NCBI GenBank assembly: GCA_024137785.1
Contig: JAHRHZ010000115.1
Coordinates: 62,001 to 122,110 of the forward strand
Direction: 5' to 3'
Source: Ginglymostoma cirratum
Taxonomy: Eukaryota
Length of the DNA: 60,110 bases
Shown here: one piece after another, positions 39,008-50,209 of the stretch
Layout of the letters: every line of letters starts with the position of its first letter
Numbering within the stretch: the first letter of the stretch is position 1
Notes under the pieces: generated by a model
The model's input: only the letters and a program-made list of their open reading frames with translations
Told to the model about the DNA's origin: nothing
Databases searched by the model: none
Position numbers and translations under genes: made by a program

Positions 39008-39869
39008 CATGCCATCTATGGTTGCATCTTTTCTCAATGACATTGTTTTTGACTTTTGATTTTTCAGTTGACGGTATGTTAACCAGAGGTAAGTTTCTCC
39101 AAAATAACAAGTCAAATCATTTTGTTTTTACAGCCCAAAGAGAAGGCCTTCAGCCCAGAGTCCACTTTTTTGGTTCAGTGACCCTTCTTCATAACTGGAA
39201 TTGAATCTGCTCTGGGAGACAAATTACCTTCACTACTTGGTAATGCTTGTAGGCTCCATACATAATACAATATCCTTCGTACAAAGCCTCAGCCCGGCTA
39301 CTGTAAAGAAAGGAAGCATTCAGCCTCTCTCTTGTCTGTATCACTGACCTGTTGGTTCCCCATCACTCTGCAGTTTATACTGTCTTACCTCGTTCTTCCT
39401 GTCAAACAGGAACATTGCTTACATCAACTGCTTATTCTCCATCTGTATGCTCTTCCTTTAGTTCCTGGAAGGAGAAACAGGAATGTGGGATTCCAAACAC
39501 AAACAGACCAACAATGAACTATGGACGAAATCGGACCCTGTTAAAATATGTATCAAAAATACTAAGCACTCTTTCTTTGTTGTTGCAGGGAGCAGGAATA
39601 CGAAACGTTCCAACTCACAGTCCCTGGTTTTCAAGGCTGGTCCTCTAACCATTGAACCATGGAGCATCAGTTAAATAACTGCCTCTAATATGGACAAAAA
39701 TTGTGTGTATTTTGATATTAAAAGATACAGAGATGAGTGTATTTAACCTGTGACAAGTCTCGAACTGTACCCGCTAAGACACCATCTCGTGCAATATAAA
39801 CTACAATGTAATAGATAACTGGAAAGCCTGTGTAACTGAGAGCTGGACCATTGTGATTTAATGTAGGCC

Positions 39870-40095
39870 TGACCCCTGCGGTGAAATCACAATTTTCCTG
39901 ACTACCTAAAATGAGTGGGGTCACAACGAGCCTGACACCCTGCAGTGAGGTCACAATGGAGTGACCCCTTGCAGCGAGTTAAGTCACAGTGGCCCTAGCC
40001 CCTGCAGTCAGTGAGGTCATAATGCTCCTGAACCCTACAGTGAGTGAAGTCATAATAGCCCTAAACCCCTGCAGTGGGTGAGATCACAATGACTT
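39870..40095. repeat. Degenerate minisatellite, ~30-34 bp unit, ~7 copies
   Basis: Repeated CCCTGCAGTGAGTGAGGTCACAATG-like unit. Confidence 0.8.
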
Positions 40096-41860
40096 TGCTT
40101 CTCTCACTCCTCCTCAATTTCGGCTCATTGCCGTTTATTGCCAGGAATTCACTCAGACAGGTTTGTGGTCACAGTGGCATTTGTTTGGTCCATAAAGATT
40201 TATTCAGTTAATCCAGCCAGTTTATGAACGACTTTGTACCAAGCTTCAATACACTTGGTGATCAGAACTATTGATAAAATTAACAGTTCTATCCATGGAA
40301 GGTTATTGGGCATTCCCAATTAAAGGCACAAATTTACATCGATTCTCTTCATTTTTTTTGTCCCTTTATCTTCAAAGGCAGACGATTCCCATAATTCCAT
40401 CTTCAGTCACAAAATATTGACAGCAGAGCGTTCCACGCAATTAGACTTTGAATATCCAATGCCAGATATTTACACCATGCAATGACATCAGCTGAAATCG
40501 GCATTGACTTCATATTGGTTTATTAACAAAGTGAATGAACTGCATGTTCACAAAGTTTTGGGATGATATCTGGCAATTGCTGACAAGTCTTAAACATATG
40601 ACAACCTTAACTTAAGTAAACCAAGTGCGGAGAATGAAGCAGTCTATTAATGCGCAGCGAGGTGAAGCATCAGATGAATCGAAAAACGTTAACTTAAAAT
40701 GTCAGCAAGTATTTACAGTTTAGTTGATTTTGAATGGTAATTAACAGAAGCTCAGGCAAAACAAAATTGTGATCAATGGGAAGCTTAGGAAACCTTTGCA
40801 TTAGTTGGAGTCATATCCAGCAAAAAGGATGTTGTTGTCAGATGTAAATTATCTCGGTTCCCAGGACATCACCACAAGTGTGTCTCAGGTTAGCATTCTC
40901 CGTCCAACCATATTCCACTGCTTCATAAATAATTTGCTGCAAATCATAAAGTTATATACGACTAGCTCGTAATATATTAATAAATGCTCTGCTTTACATC
41001 CTTTCTAATAGCCTCCAAGAATTTTCTATTAGCAAATGTTAAGCTAGGTGGTATGCAGTTACCTATTTTTGTCTCAATTCCTTTTCAAATCAAAGCATTA
41101 TATTGTCAGTTTTCTAATCCTCTTGAGACGTTCCCAAAATCTGAAGACTCTTGAAAGATGACTACTAGTGCATCTAGGATCTCTGTAGTTGGTTCCTCTA
41201 ATACTCTAGGGAGCAGCCCATTAGTTCCAGGGACTAATTTGTCTTCAGCTCCATGAGTTTTGCTAACACTTTATCTCTAGTAATAATTATTGCATATATT
41301 TCCTGATCTCTTTTTGCTGTTTGATTATTCAGTAATTTTTGAATGTTATGAATGGCGTCAATTGTGAAGACTGATGTAAAATGTTTATTCAATTATTTTG
41401 CCATTTCCTGGTTCACTCTTATTGTTTTCCCATTTTATTCCATAAAGGTCCTATTCTCACCAGGTTGAAATGGACGGATTTTTGTTTTTAATAAGAAATC
41501 AAGGATTATGAGCAAATAGTAGGAGTGTGGAGTTGAGGATGATCAGATCTTCAATGATCTCCTTGAATGGTTGATCAGATTCTATGGGCCAAATGGACTA
41601 CTCTGTTCCAACACCTCATGAATGGCAGCGTTTTCAATACATGGTGGAAGCCCTACTATTGGCAGAATGCTGCTGTGCCATCTAATCCCGATTAGATGCT
41701 CTCTTTATGGATATTATAGGGAATGAATAATCATTACGACTATGAAATTTGCTGGAAAAGTTCAGCAGGTCTTGCAGCATCTGTGAAGAAAATTCAGAGT
41801 TAACGTTTCCCGTCCAGTGACTCTTTCTCATTCCAACTAACTCGATTCCTTTTTATTGTA

Positions 41861-42605
41861 CTAGAGTACTGAGTACTGGGCTAATGGTAAGATTTTTGGT
41901 AGTGTAGACGAGCAGAGAGATCTCGGTGTCCATGTGCATAGATCCCTGAAGGTTGCCACCCAGGTTGATAGGGTTGTTAAGAAGGCGTACGGTGTGTTAG
42001 GTTTTATTGGTAGAGGGATTGAGTTTCGGAGCCGTGAGGTCATGTTGCAGCTATACAAAACTCTGGTGCGGCCGCACTTGGAGTATTGCATACAGTTCTG
42101 GTCGCCGCATTATAGGAAGGATGTGGAAGCATTGGAAAGGGTGCAGAGGAGATTTACCAGGGTGTTGCCTGATATTGAGGGAAGGTCTTATGAGGAAAGG
42201 CTGAGGGACTTGAGGCTGTTTTCGTTAGAGAGAAGAAGGTTAAGAGGTGACTTACTAGACACATACAAGATGATCAGAGGATTAAATAGGGTGGACTGTG
42301 AGAGCCTTTTTCCTCGGATGGTGACGTCTAGCACGAGGGGACATAGCTTTAAATTGAGGGGTGATAGATATAGGACAGATGTCAGAGGTAGATTCTTTAC
42401 TCAGAGAGTAGTAAGGGCATGGAATGCCTTGCCTGCAGCAGTAGTAGACTCGCCAACGTTAAGGGCATTTAAATGGTCGTTGGATAAACATATGGATGAT
42501 AAGAGAATAGTGCAGGTTAGATGGGCTTCAGATTGGTTTCACAGGTCGGCGGAACATCGAGGGCCGAAGGGCCCGTACTGCACTGTAATGTTCTATGTTC
42601 TATTG
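41861..42605 (+). mobile_element. Young 5'-truncated CR1 LINE
   Basis: Long uninterrupted RT C-terminal frame (LYKTLVRPHLEYCIQFWSPHYRKD...SLERRRLRGDL), retained CpGs and a TTCTAT tail. Confidence 0.92.
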
Positions 42606-42729
42606 TCCTTACTTATACCTTAAACCTGAAACAATATGCCAATTTACTACACAAGTGCATCTTGCTCCACCGAATGGTGAACTTGACCACAGATACAGAT
42701 TTTCGTATGTGTGGAAGGACAGATATCTG

Positions 42730-43250
42730 ATCGGGAGATTTAAGCATTGCCTTCTCAGAGAGATGGCATGGATTTAGGTGGGAACAATGCATTGCAGGGC
42801 TTTGGACGGAAAAGACAGGTACAAATGGAGACACTAACTTGCAGGGATGGTGGGGTCAGAATGCGAATATGGCAGATTTATAGCAAAAAAGATAGTACCT
42901 GTAGGAGAACTGTTAACAATGCAACAAATAGAGAGAAGTTCAGTGGTCAAACATTTAATGGGAATAGGGCCAATGGGCGGGAAGTGAGGGTCTTGGTCAA
43001 CGTGAGTCTTGTCAACATGAACTTTGACAAGCTATGCCGGGAAATGAGAGGAAAAGTGGAGAGAAGTGTATGTTTCGGGCTCAGATACGGAAGAAAGCTT
43101 AAGGCAGTTTGTCCCAGAGACCAATTGGAAGGGAGGGAGGTAAGAGAGCAAGCTGATCAGATTGTCTTAGTCTTAATGACAAAGAAACTCATGCGTTCCT
43201 TAAATCTGTTGTTGGATGGAGAAGGCAGGAGAGAGGGAGAGCCCATCAAA
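42730..43250 (-). mobile_element. Old L2-like LINE fragment
   Basis: Purine-rich tract resembling the antisense of L2 ORF2 (GGGAATAGGG...GGAAGTG). Confidence 0.45.
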
Positions 43251-43445
43251 AATAACAAACTTCTCCTCAATATTAAAATAACTCAAAACACTGTAATTGA
43301 TACACATCTGATATATTTGACACTCAATATTAGCACATTTAACTGGTCTGGAGTTTATTGACGATTGATAGAAACATGGATCAGTTCCAATGTGATTAAC
43401 AGCAAAGTCCCATTACTAGAGCTGCTTGTAATATCGCTGCTATCT

Positions 43446-44520
43446 CACAAGATGGGATGAATGAGCAAATTTCTTCTCACGAGTGGAGCAGGCGTAAGGT
43501 CTCTCCCCAGTGTGAACGCGCTGGTGTATAGTAAGATGAGATAATCGTCTGAATCCAGTCCCACAGCGAGAGCACCTGAATGGCCTCTCGTCAATATGAA
43601 TATATTGATGGGATACCAGTTCCCCAGAGCTTTTAAAGTACTTCCCACAGTCTGGACAATTAATTGGTCTGTCATCAGAGTGAACATGTTGATGATGCTT
43701 CTAATGGCCAGAACATTTAAAGCACTTCCCACAGTCTCAGCATTTAAAATACCGGTCATCAGAGTGAACACGTCGATGGCATTTAAGGTGCCCAGAACGT
43801 TAAAAACACAATCGAACAATTTAATTTTTTTCAGCAGAATGAACTCACTGGTGGAACTTGAGTGGGATAGGCCAATAGAATCCCTGCCCACATTCAGAGC
43901 AGGTGAATGGCATCTCCACAGTGTGCTGGCAAATAGTGAGTTGCGATGACCACGAGAAACCAGCCACACAGTCACAGCAGCTGAACCGTTTCCTCAGTGT
44001 GAACTCGCCGATGGGATATCAGAACACCTGATCTTTTAAAACACTTCCCGCAGTCTGATCATTTAAAAGGTCTCACCTCGGTGTGAACATGTTGATGGGA
44101 CTGCAGATGGCTGGAACTCTTAAAACACTTCCGGCAGTTTGGGCAAGTAAAAGAAATCGCTGGTGGGTCAGCAGGGTGGATAACGGAATGAATCCCTTTC
44201 CACACAGCGAGCAGGTTGAACAGTCTCTCTTCAGTGTGAACACGTTGGTGAATTTTCAGTGAAGAATGGTGACTAAATTGTTTCTCACAGTACCGCATTT
44301 CCACAGTTTCTCCCCACTGTGACTGCATTTGTGGTTATTGAGCTCAGTCGATTGGCTGAAACCTTTTCTGCACACAGAACACGTGTATTTGAAAGGCGCT
44401 TTCTCCTTCCATGGTTAAAATCTGTTAATCCTCAAGTTGTGATAAATTGAGTGACGCAGTGACATCATGTTGTGATATTTGGATCCAGTTTCATGACTTC
44501 AAATCCTCCACTTCACATCC
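43446..44520 (-). pseudogene. Degenerate C2H2 zinc-finger gene
   Basis: Minus-strand acceptor TTTCACAG| at 44521 and ATG GAA GGA GAA at 44412. Fingers include HQRVHTEER and FTCPNCRKCFKSSSHLQSHQHVHTEVRPFK, with multiple frameshifts. Confidence 0.88.
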
Positions 44521-45494
44521 CTGTGAAATTGACTTAAAACGGAAGAAAGGAATGAGCGAGAAGCCGCAAAAAAAGTATAAAGGCACTTCATGAAATTATA
44601 CTGAGTTATCTGGCAATTTGCTGGACTGGTACTTGGGAAAAATGTCAATGAAAGCTGCTGAATTGACATCTAAGCTCAGCCAGGACTGAACTAATATCAA
44701 TCAGGGAAAGGACCTACTACTTGGTTTAAGTCTACACAGGACTGTTGGACCCCATACGGAGCAGAATTAGGGAGAGAAGGGAGAGACATGGTGAGCAGAG
44801 GCGTGGAGCAAAGGAGAGGGACTTTATATCTCTACAATGTGTCCAGAAGTTTGGCAGCATCTTTCAAATCCTCAAGCTCCACCAATTCAAATGATCAGAT
44901 CCTGTGGGATCTATGGGAAAACCATCATCGCCGAGTTACTCTCCAAGATACACGGTACCGACTTGTTTTTGGACTGGGGACTGGTGCAGACGATCAGTGG
45001 CTTGTGAGCCTGGGTTAGACCACATGTGGAAGCCTCCTGCCTTGATCTACTGCAAGTTCTTTATAGAAAGTCTGTATTGTTTCTGATTTCTCTTCGCTGA
45101 TACAGTCAGACCTACTGCTTTTGTTTCTCATTTACAGCATCTGCTGTTCTTTCGGTTTTTATTTAGACTGTAAAGTTCATCCATTTAAGTTTAGTTCTTA
45201 TTTTTCTAACACATACTATGAATAACTGTAAGGTAATGTAACTTCTTAAAATCTATTTTGTATCTAAAATTTATATCTAGGTACTTTGTACCTAACATGG
45301 CGCCTTGTGGGTGATATTGTAAACCTTTCACTATACTGCTGCACCTCTGTACTTGAGTACACAAGACAATAAACCTTTCCTAATTCATCGTCTCTCCTGG
45401 TGCTGAACTACTGCACCCGCTCCAAAGCTGGTGGCCATTATCAGTGTACATGTGCCAGGAGGAACCCACAGGTTGTCCCATTTTGTGGAACAGA

Positions 45495-46375
45495 GATTGA
45501 TTGATTGATTGATTTGATCTGATTTATTGTCACGTGCACTTAAGTACAGTGAATAGCTTTGTTTGTGAGCACACAGGCAGATCATAGTAAGCAAGGACAT
45601 TCAGAGTATAGGGTGAAAAAAACAAATTGGACAGAGTAAGGCATACAGGTTAGACCGCTCGGGACATGTGTGAGGCAAAATCAACATTAACAACGTCAGT
45701 GTTATTTGAAGTTAGAGAGTTCATTCATCCTTGTGGTAATGTCAGGGAAGAAGCTGAACCTGCTGGTATGTATGTGTGTCTTCAAGCTTCTGTATCTTTT
45801 GCCTGAGGCTGTAAGAGAGTATGGTCGGTGTGGGATGGGCCTTTCCATGGCAATGAGATGGAATGGAAGGTTGGCTTCCACGACGGCCTGGGCTGTGCAC
45901 ACAACCTTCTGTAGTTTGTAATGATCCTCGGCACAGCAGTTGCCATACCAGGTCGTTATGCAACTGGACAATATGCTTTCTATGGTGCATCTGTAAAAGT
46001 TAGTGAGGGTCCTTATAGACATGCCAAATTTCCTGAACTGCCTGAGAAAGAAGACGGTGTTGTTGTGTCTTCTTGACTGTTACCTCTACGTTAGAAGTCC
46101 AGGACAGGTTGTCAGTTATTGTCACTTCCAGGAGTTTGATGCCCTCAACCCTCTCAACCTGTGCTCCATTGATGTAAGTGGGGTCCGTGTTCTCCTCCTT
46201 TCTTTCTGAAGTCAGTGATCAGTTCTTTAGTTTGCCAACATTGAGAGGGAGGTTTTTTTGTCATTGCACAACTTCACCAGGCCCTGTAACTCCTTTCTTT
46301 ATTCTGCATCATCGTTTTTTGATATCCGTTCGACCACAGTGGTGTTTTCAGCAAACGTGTAGATGGCGTTCACTC
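45495..46375 (-). mobile_element. Rex1/Babar LINE 3' fragment
   Basis: LTNFYRCTIESILSSCITTWYGNC motif and a 3' end GTGACAATAAA followed by an (AATC)n tail on the minus strand. Confidence 0.85.
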
Positions 46376-47029
46376 AGGAATTGTCACATGCCTTGCCAAT
46401 TTCTGGCAGATTGGTGACAGAGTACGACACTCCTGCTGGAGCTCCTCTGCTCTACCTGTTGTTTTTCTTTCTTTTTCTTTTCTTTTTGTCTCTTTTTCCC
46501 TCCCCTTAGCCCCAGCAACAAATTCTGGATCAGCAGCAGGGGCCGGGAGCAAGTCACAGAGCAGTGTGGACAGCGAGTCTTGGAGTGGTGCGTATGCTGT
46601 GAGTCCCAGGCAGAAGCCGGTGCAGGGGAGGCAGTCCTGCAACTGACCTTGGAGCAGCTGAGTGTTGGCATCGAGAAGACTGGAGGCTTGAGTGGAGGGG
46701 GAACAGCTGTTGGTCTAGACAGTCAGACCATGTGCAGAGGTTCTGCATTGAGCTGCTGCAATGTCATGGTTTATTCGAAAATTTTACCCGATTGTAATGT
46801 CATTCTTTTTACAATGTCTTATTTCTAACTTACTTTTTAAACTCTGTAAAGTAATGCAACTTTTTTTATTCCTCTTTTGTATCCAAGATTTTTGCTGAGG
46901 TACTTGTACCGAAGATGGTGTCATAAGAGGCATACATTGTTAAGGATTTTCACTCTATTCCTGTACTTCTACAAAGAAGTACTTGTGACAATAAAGGATG
47001 TTCTGTTTTATTCAGAGATTTATGAGGTT

Positions 47030-47760
47030 GGTAGACATTAGAGATACATCAGGGTTATGAGGCCAGACAAGAGTATGGAGATGGGAAATTAGTGAAGCTG
47101 GAGGGGATTACAGAGATAGGAAGGATTGTGAGGCTGGAGGATTTTACAGAGATAGGGATGTTTCTAAGGCTGTAGGAGATTAGAGATCAGGTGTATTGTA
47201 GGGACTTGAGGAGGTTACATAGATAAGATGTTTGTGAAGTTGAAGGAGGTTACATTGTTAGGATTGTGAGGCTTAAGGAGATTACAGAGAAAGGGAGTTT
47301 TGTCATGTATGGAGGAGGTTGCAAAGATAGGGAGTTTTGAGGCATTGCACAGCTAGGGACAGTTGTTGTGGCTGGAAGAATTTACAAATGTAGCAAGAGC
47401 TCTGAGGCTAAAGTGGATAATAGAGATTGTGAGAATTCTGAGGCTATAGAGATTACAGAGATAAGGAGAAATTTCATTCTGGAAAAGATGACAGAGATTG
47501 AGAGGGTTGTGACCCTAGAAAAAAGAAATCACCAGATGTTGACAGTTCTGAGGCTGGAGGAGACTACAGAGATAGGGAGGGTTGCGATTCTGTCGGAGAT
47601 AAGAGATAAGGAGAGTTGTGAGCCTGTGGAGATGACAAAGGTAGGGAGGATTGTGGGGCTGGAGGACATTGTAGAGAGAGGCTGCAGAAGATTAGAGATA
47701 GAGAGAGTTCTGAGGCTGGAAGAGATTACAGAGATGGAGAGGGTTGCGAGACTGTAGATT
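47030..47760. repeat. Degenerate ~36 bp minisatellite
   Basis: About 20 copies of a TGAGGCTGGAGGAGATTACAGAGATAGGGAGGGTTG-like unit. Confidence 0.85.
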
Positions 47761-48680
47761 ATCCTCCAAACAGCACATGGACTGCAGCAGTTCAAGAAGT
47801 AAGTTCACAACCACCACTTTCTACAAGTCAACTAAAGATGACCGATAAATACTGGTTTGGGCAGCAAAGACCGCACCCCATCAATAAATCAAAATTAAGA
47901 TGGATTTCCGTTTTCTAGAGAGGTAGCAGAAGCTTAATTCTCCTGGGAGCTAAGAAGGTTAAGCAATGATCAAGTCGAGGTGGATGTAGTGATTGGCACC
48001 ATGTGGACCTTGTTAACGACAAAATTCTTGACTGATTGAGTTTGTTAATCTGGGACCAATCACTACAGTGGACAAGGTCAGAAGTCGCACGACTCCAGGT
48101 TATAGTCCAACAGGTTTATTTGAAATCACCAGCTTTCTGAGCGCTGTTCCTTCATCAGGTAACCTCAGCGCTTCGAAACCTTGTGATTTGAAACAGGCCT
48201 GTTAGACTTTAACCTGGTGTTGTGTAATTTCTGACCATGTCCACCTCAGCCCAACACTAACACCTTGACAAATTTGTTGAGGTGAAGAATTATTTCCATT
48301 ATACTTAATTTGGAGAGAGTAATTGTCACAACTTTTGGTCACCATTTTCAGTAATTGGCACATAATGAAGGGTGGAAATATGAAGATTATTTCACTCAGC
48401 AATTTCTGAGCATCTGGAACAGTCTGAACGGCAGCTGGATGCAGGTTCAGCATTAATCTCAAAATTAAGTTCTAAACCTTTTTTTATCAGGAAAGATTCG
48501 GAGGTCTATGGACAAAGGACAGGGGAGTTTGGATTGATTTGCAGCATTTCCACAGAGAGAACACAGCTCCAACGTGCTGAATGGCCACCAGTGGCTGTGA
48601 TTGTGAATCTGCACCATTTACTGTGAACGATGAAGCTCTTCCCAGGGCAGAGGGAGGATCCAGCTGCCTACTTCACGCTG

Positions 48681-49080
48681 GGATAACAAGGTGTGGAGCT
48701 GGATGAACACAGCAGGCCAAACAGCATCAGAGGAGCAGGAAAGCTTGACGTTTCGGGCCTAGACCCTTCGTCAGAAATGGAGGAGGGGAAGAGGTTTCTG
48801 AAATAAATAGGGAGAGAGGGGGAGGCGGATAGAAGATGAATAGAGGAGAGGATGTCTGTCTCCTCTCCACCTATCCTGTCCTCTATCCATCTTCTATCCA
48901 CCTCCCCCTCTCTCACTATTTATTTCAGAACCCTCTTCCCGTCCCCCATTTCTGATGAAGGGTCTAGGCCCAAAACATCAAGTTTTCCTTCTCCTATGAT
49001 GCTGCTTGGCCTGCTGTGTTCATCCAGCTCCATACCTTGTTATCTCAGATTCTCCAGCATCTGCAGTTCCCACTATCTCT
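48681..49080. mobile_element. Head-to-head pair of Penelope 3' ends (near-palindrome)
   Basis: Arms ~48681-48853 and ~48873-49046 are reverse complements, and each has a hammerhead-like core. Confidence 0.85.
48747..48774 (-). ncRNA. Minimal type I hammerhead ribozyme motif (Penelope-associated)
   Basis: CUGACGA-A-GGGU-CUAG-GCCC-GAAA-CGUC. Confidence 0.72.
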
Positions 49081-49182
49081 ACTACTGGTGAAGTGCTGTC
49101 GTGAGCGGCGTCTGCGTGTGGGAGGGGCATATGGCAAAATCAGTAGAGGCCGAGAGGGAAGTCGAGTCAGAGAAAACACAGC

Positions 49183-50122
49183 ATGCAGCTGGATGAACAC
49201 AGCAGGCCGGGCAGCATCACAGGAGCAAGAAAGTTGACGTTTCGTGCCGGGACCCATTAGAGGTTAGGGTTGGGGGGGGGGGGGTTGTGGGGAAGGTAGC
49301 TCAGGAAATAAATAGAGGAGTGTGGGGCTGGAGAAGGAAGGTGAAATGGTGATTGGTGAGTGCAGGTACGGAGTCGTGGGGACTGGTCAGTGAGGTGGGA
49401 GGAGTGGTGAGGCAGAAGATGGACAAGTAGTGTCAGGTCAAGGAGGCGGGGATGAGAGGGAGGGTTGCTCATGGGGTGAGGCTGGGAGTGGGGAGATTTT
49501 GAAACGAGTAAAGTCCTCATTGAGACCATTGGGCTGAAGCTCCCAAGATGGAATATGAGGTGCTGGTCTTACAGTTTCTGGGTGGCGTCACTGTGGCACT
49601 GGAGGAGGCCCAGGATGGACGTGTCACCCAGGGAGTGGGAGGAGGAGTTAAAATGGTTCGTGACTGGAAGGTACTGTCTTTTGTCTTGAACACAGTGCAG
49701 GCACTACACAAAGCGGTCTCCAAGCCTTCGCTTGGTCTCACCAATGTAGATGAGGCCACATCAGGAGCAGCAGATGCAATAGACCACATTAGCAGACGTG
49801 CAGGTGAACCTCTGTCTAATGTGGAAGGTTTTTTGGTTTCTTGGATGGAGGTGAGGGGGAGGTGTAGGGGCAGATGTAGCACTTTCTGCGGTTGCGGGGA
49901 AAGGTGCTGGGGGTGATGGGGCTAGTGGGGAGTGTGGAGTGGATGAGGGAGTCATGGAGCGAGTGGTCCCTACGGAAGGCAGATAGGTGTTGGGGGGTGG
50001 AAATATATCCTTGGTTGTGGGGTTGGATTGCAGGTGGTGGAAGTGGCAGAGAATGATACGTTGCATCCGGAGGTTAGTGGTGTGATATGTGAGGACAATG
50101 GGGATTCTGTCTTTGTTTTTGT
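49183..50122 (-). mobile_element. Penelope-like element, GIY-YIG region and 3' end
   Basis: KDRIPIVLTYH and FTCTSANVVYCICCS motifs, with frameshifts. Confidence 0.85.
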
Positions 50123-50209
50123 TGCTATCCCGCGTTTGCAGCAAAACCGGAAAATGGCTGCGGGCCTGTGGCAGTGATAGGCCCCATGTTACTGGAGCAA
50201 TCTTTGTTG

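Noticed and set aside
39870-40095. CRISPR-like array
   Set aside because: This is vertebrate DNA with degenerate tandem units, no unique spacers and no cas genes.
42747-43361. 204-aa ORF
   Set aside because: It appears to be an antisense frame of an old LINE fragment with no recognisable domain.
43445-43975. 176-aa minus-strand ORF
   Set aside because: It is a shifted reading frame of the C2H2 array (HSPALNVGRDS is the off-frame form of PFTCSECGKGF).
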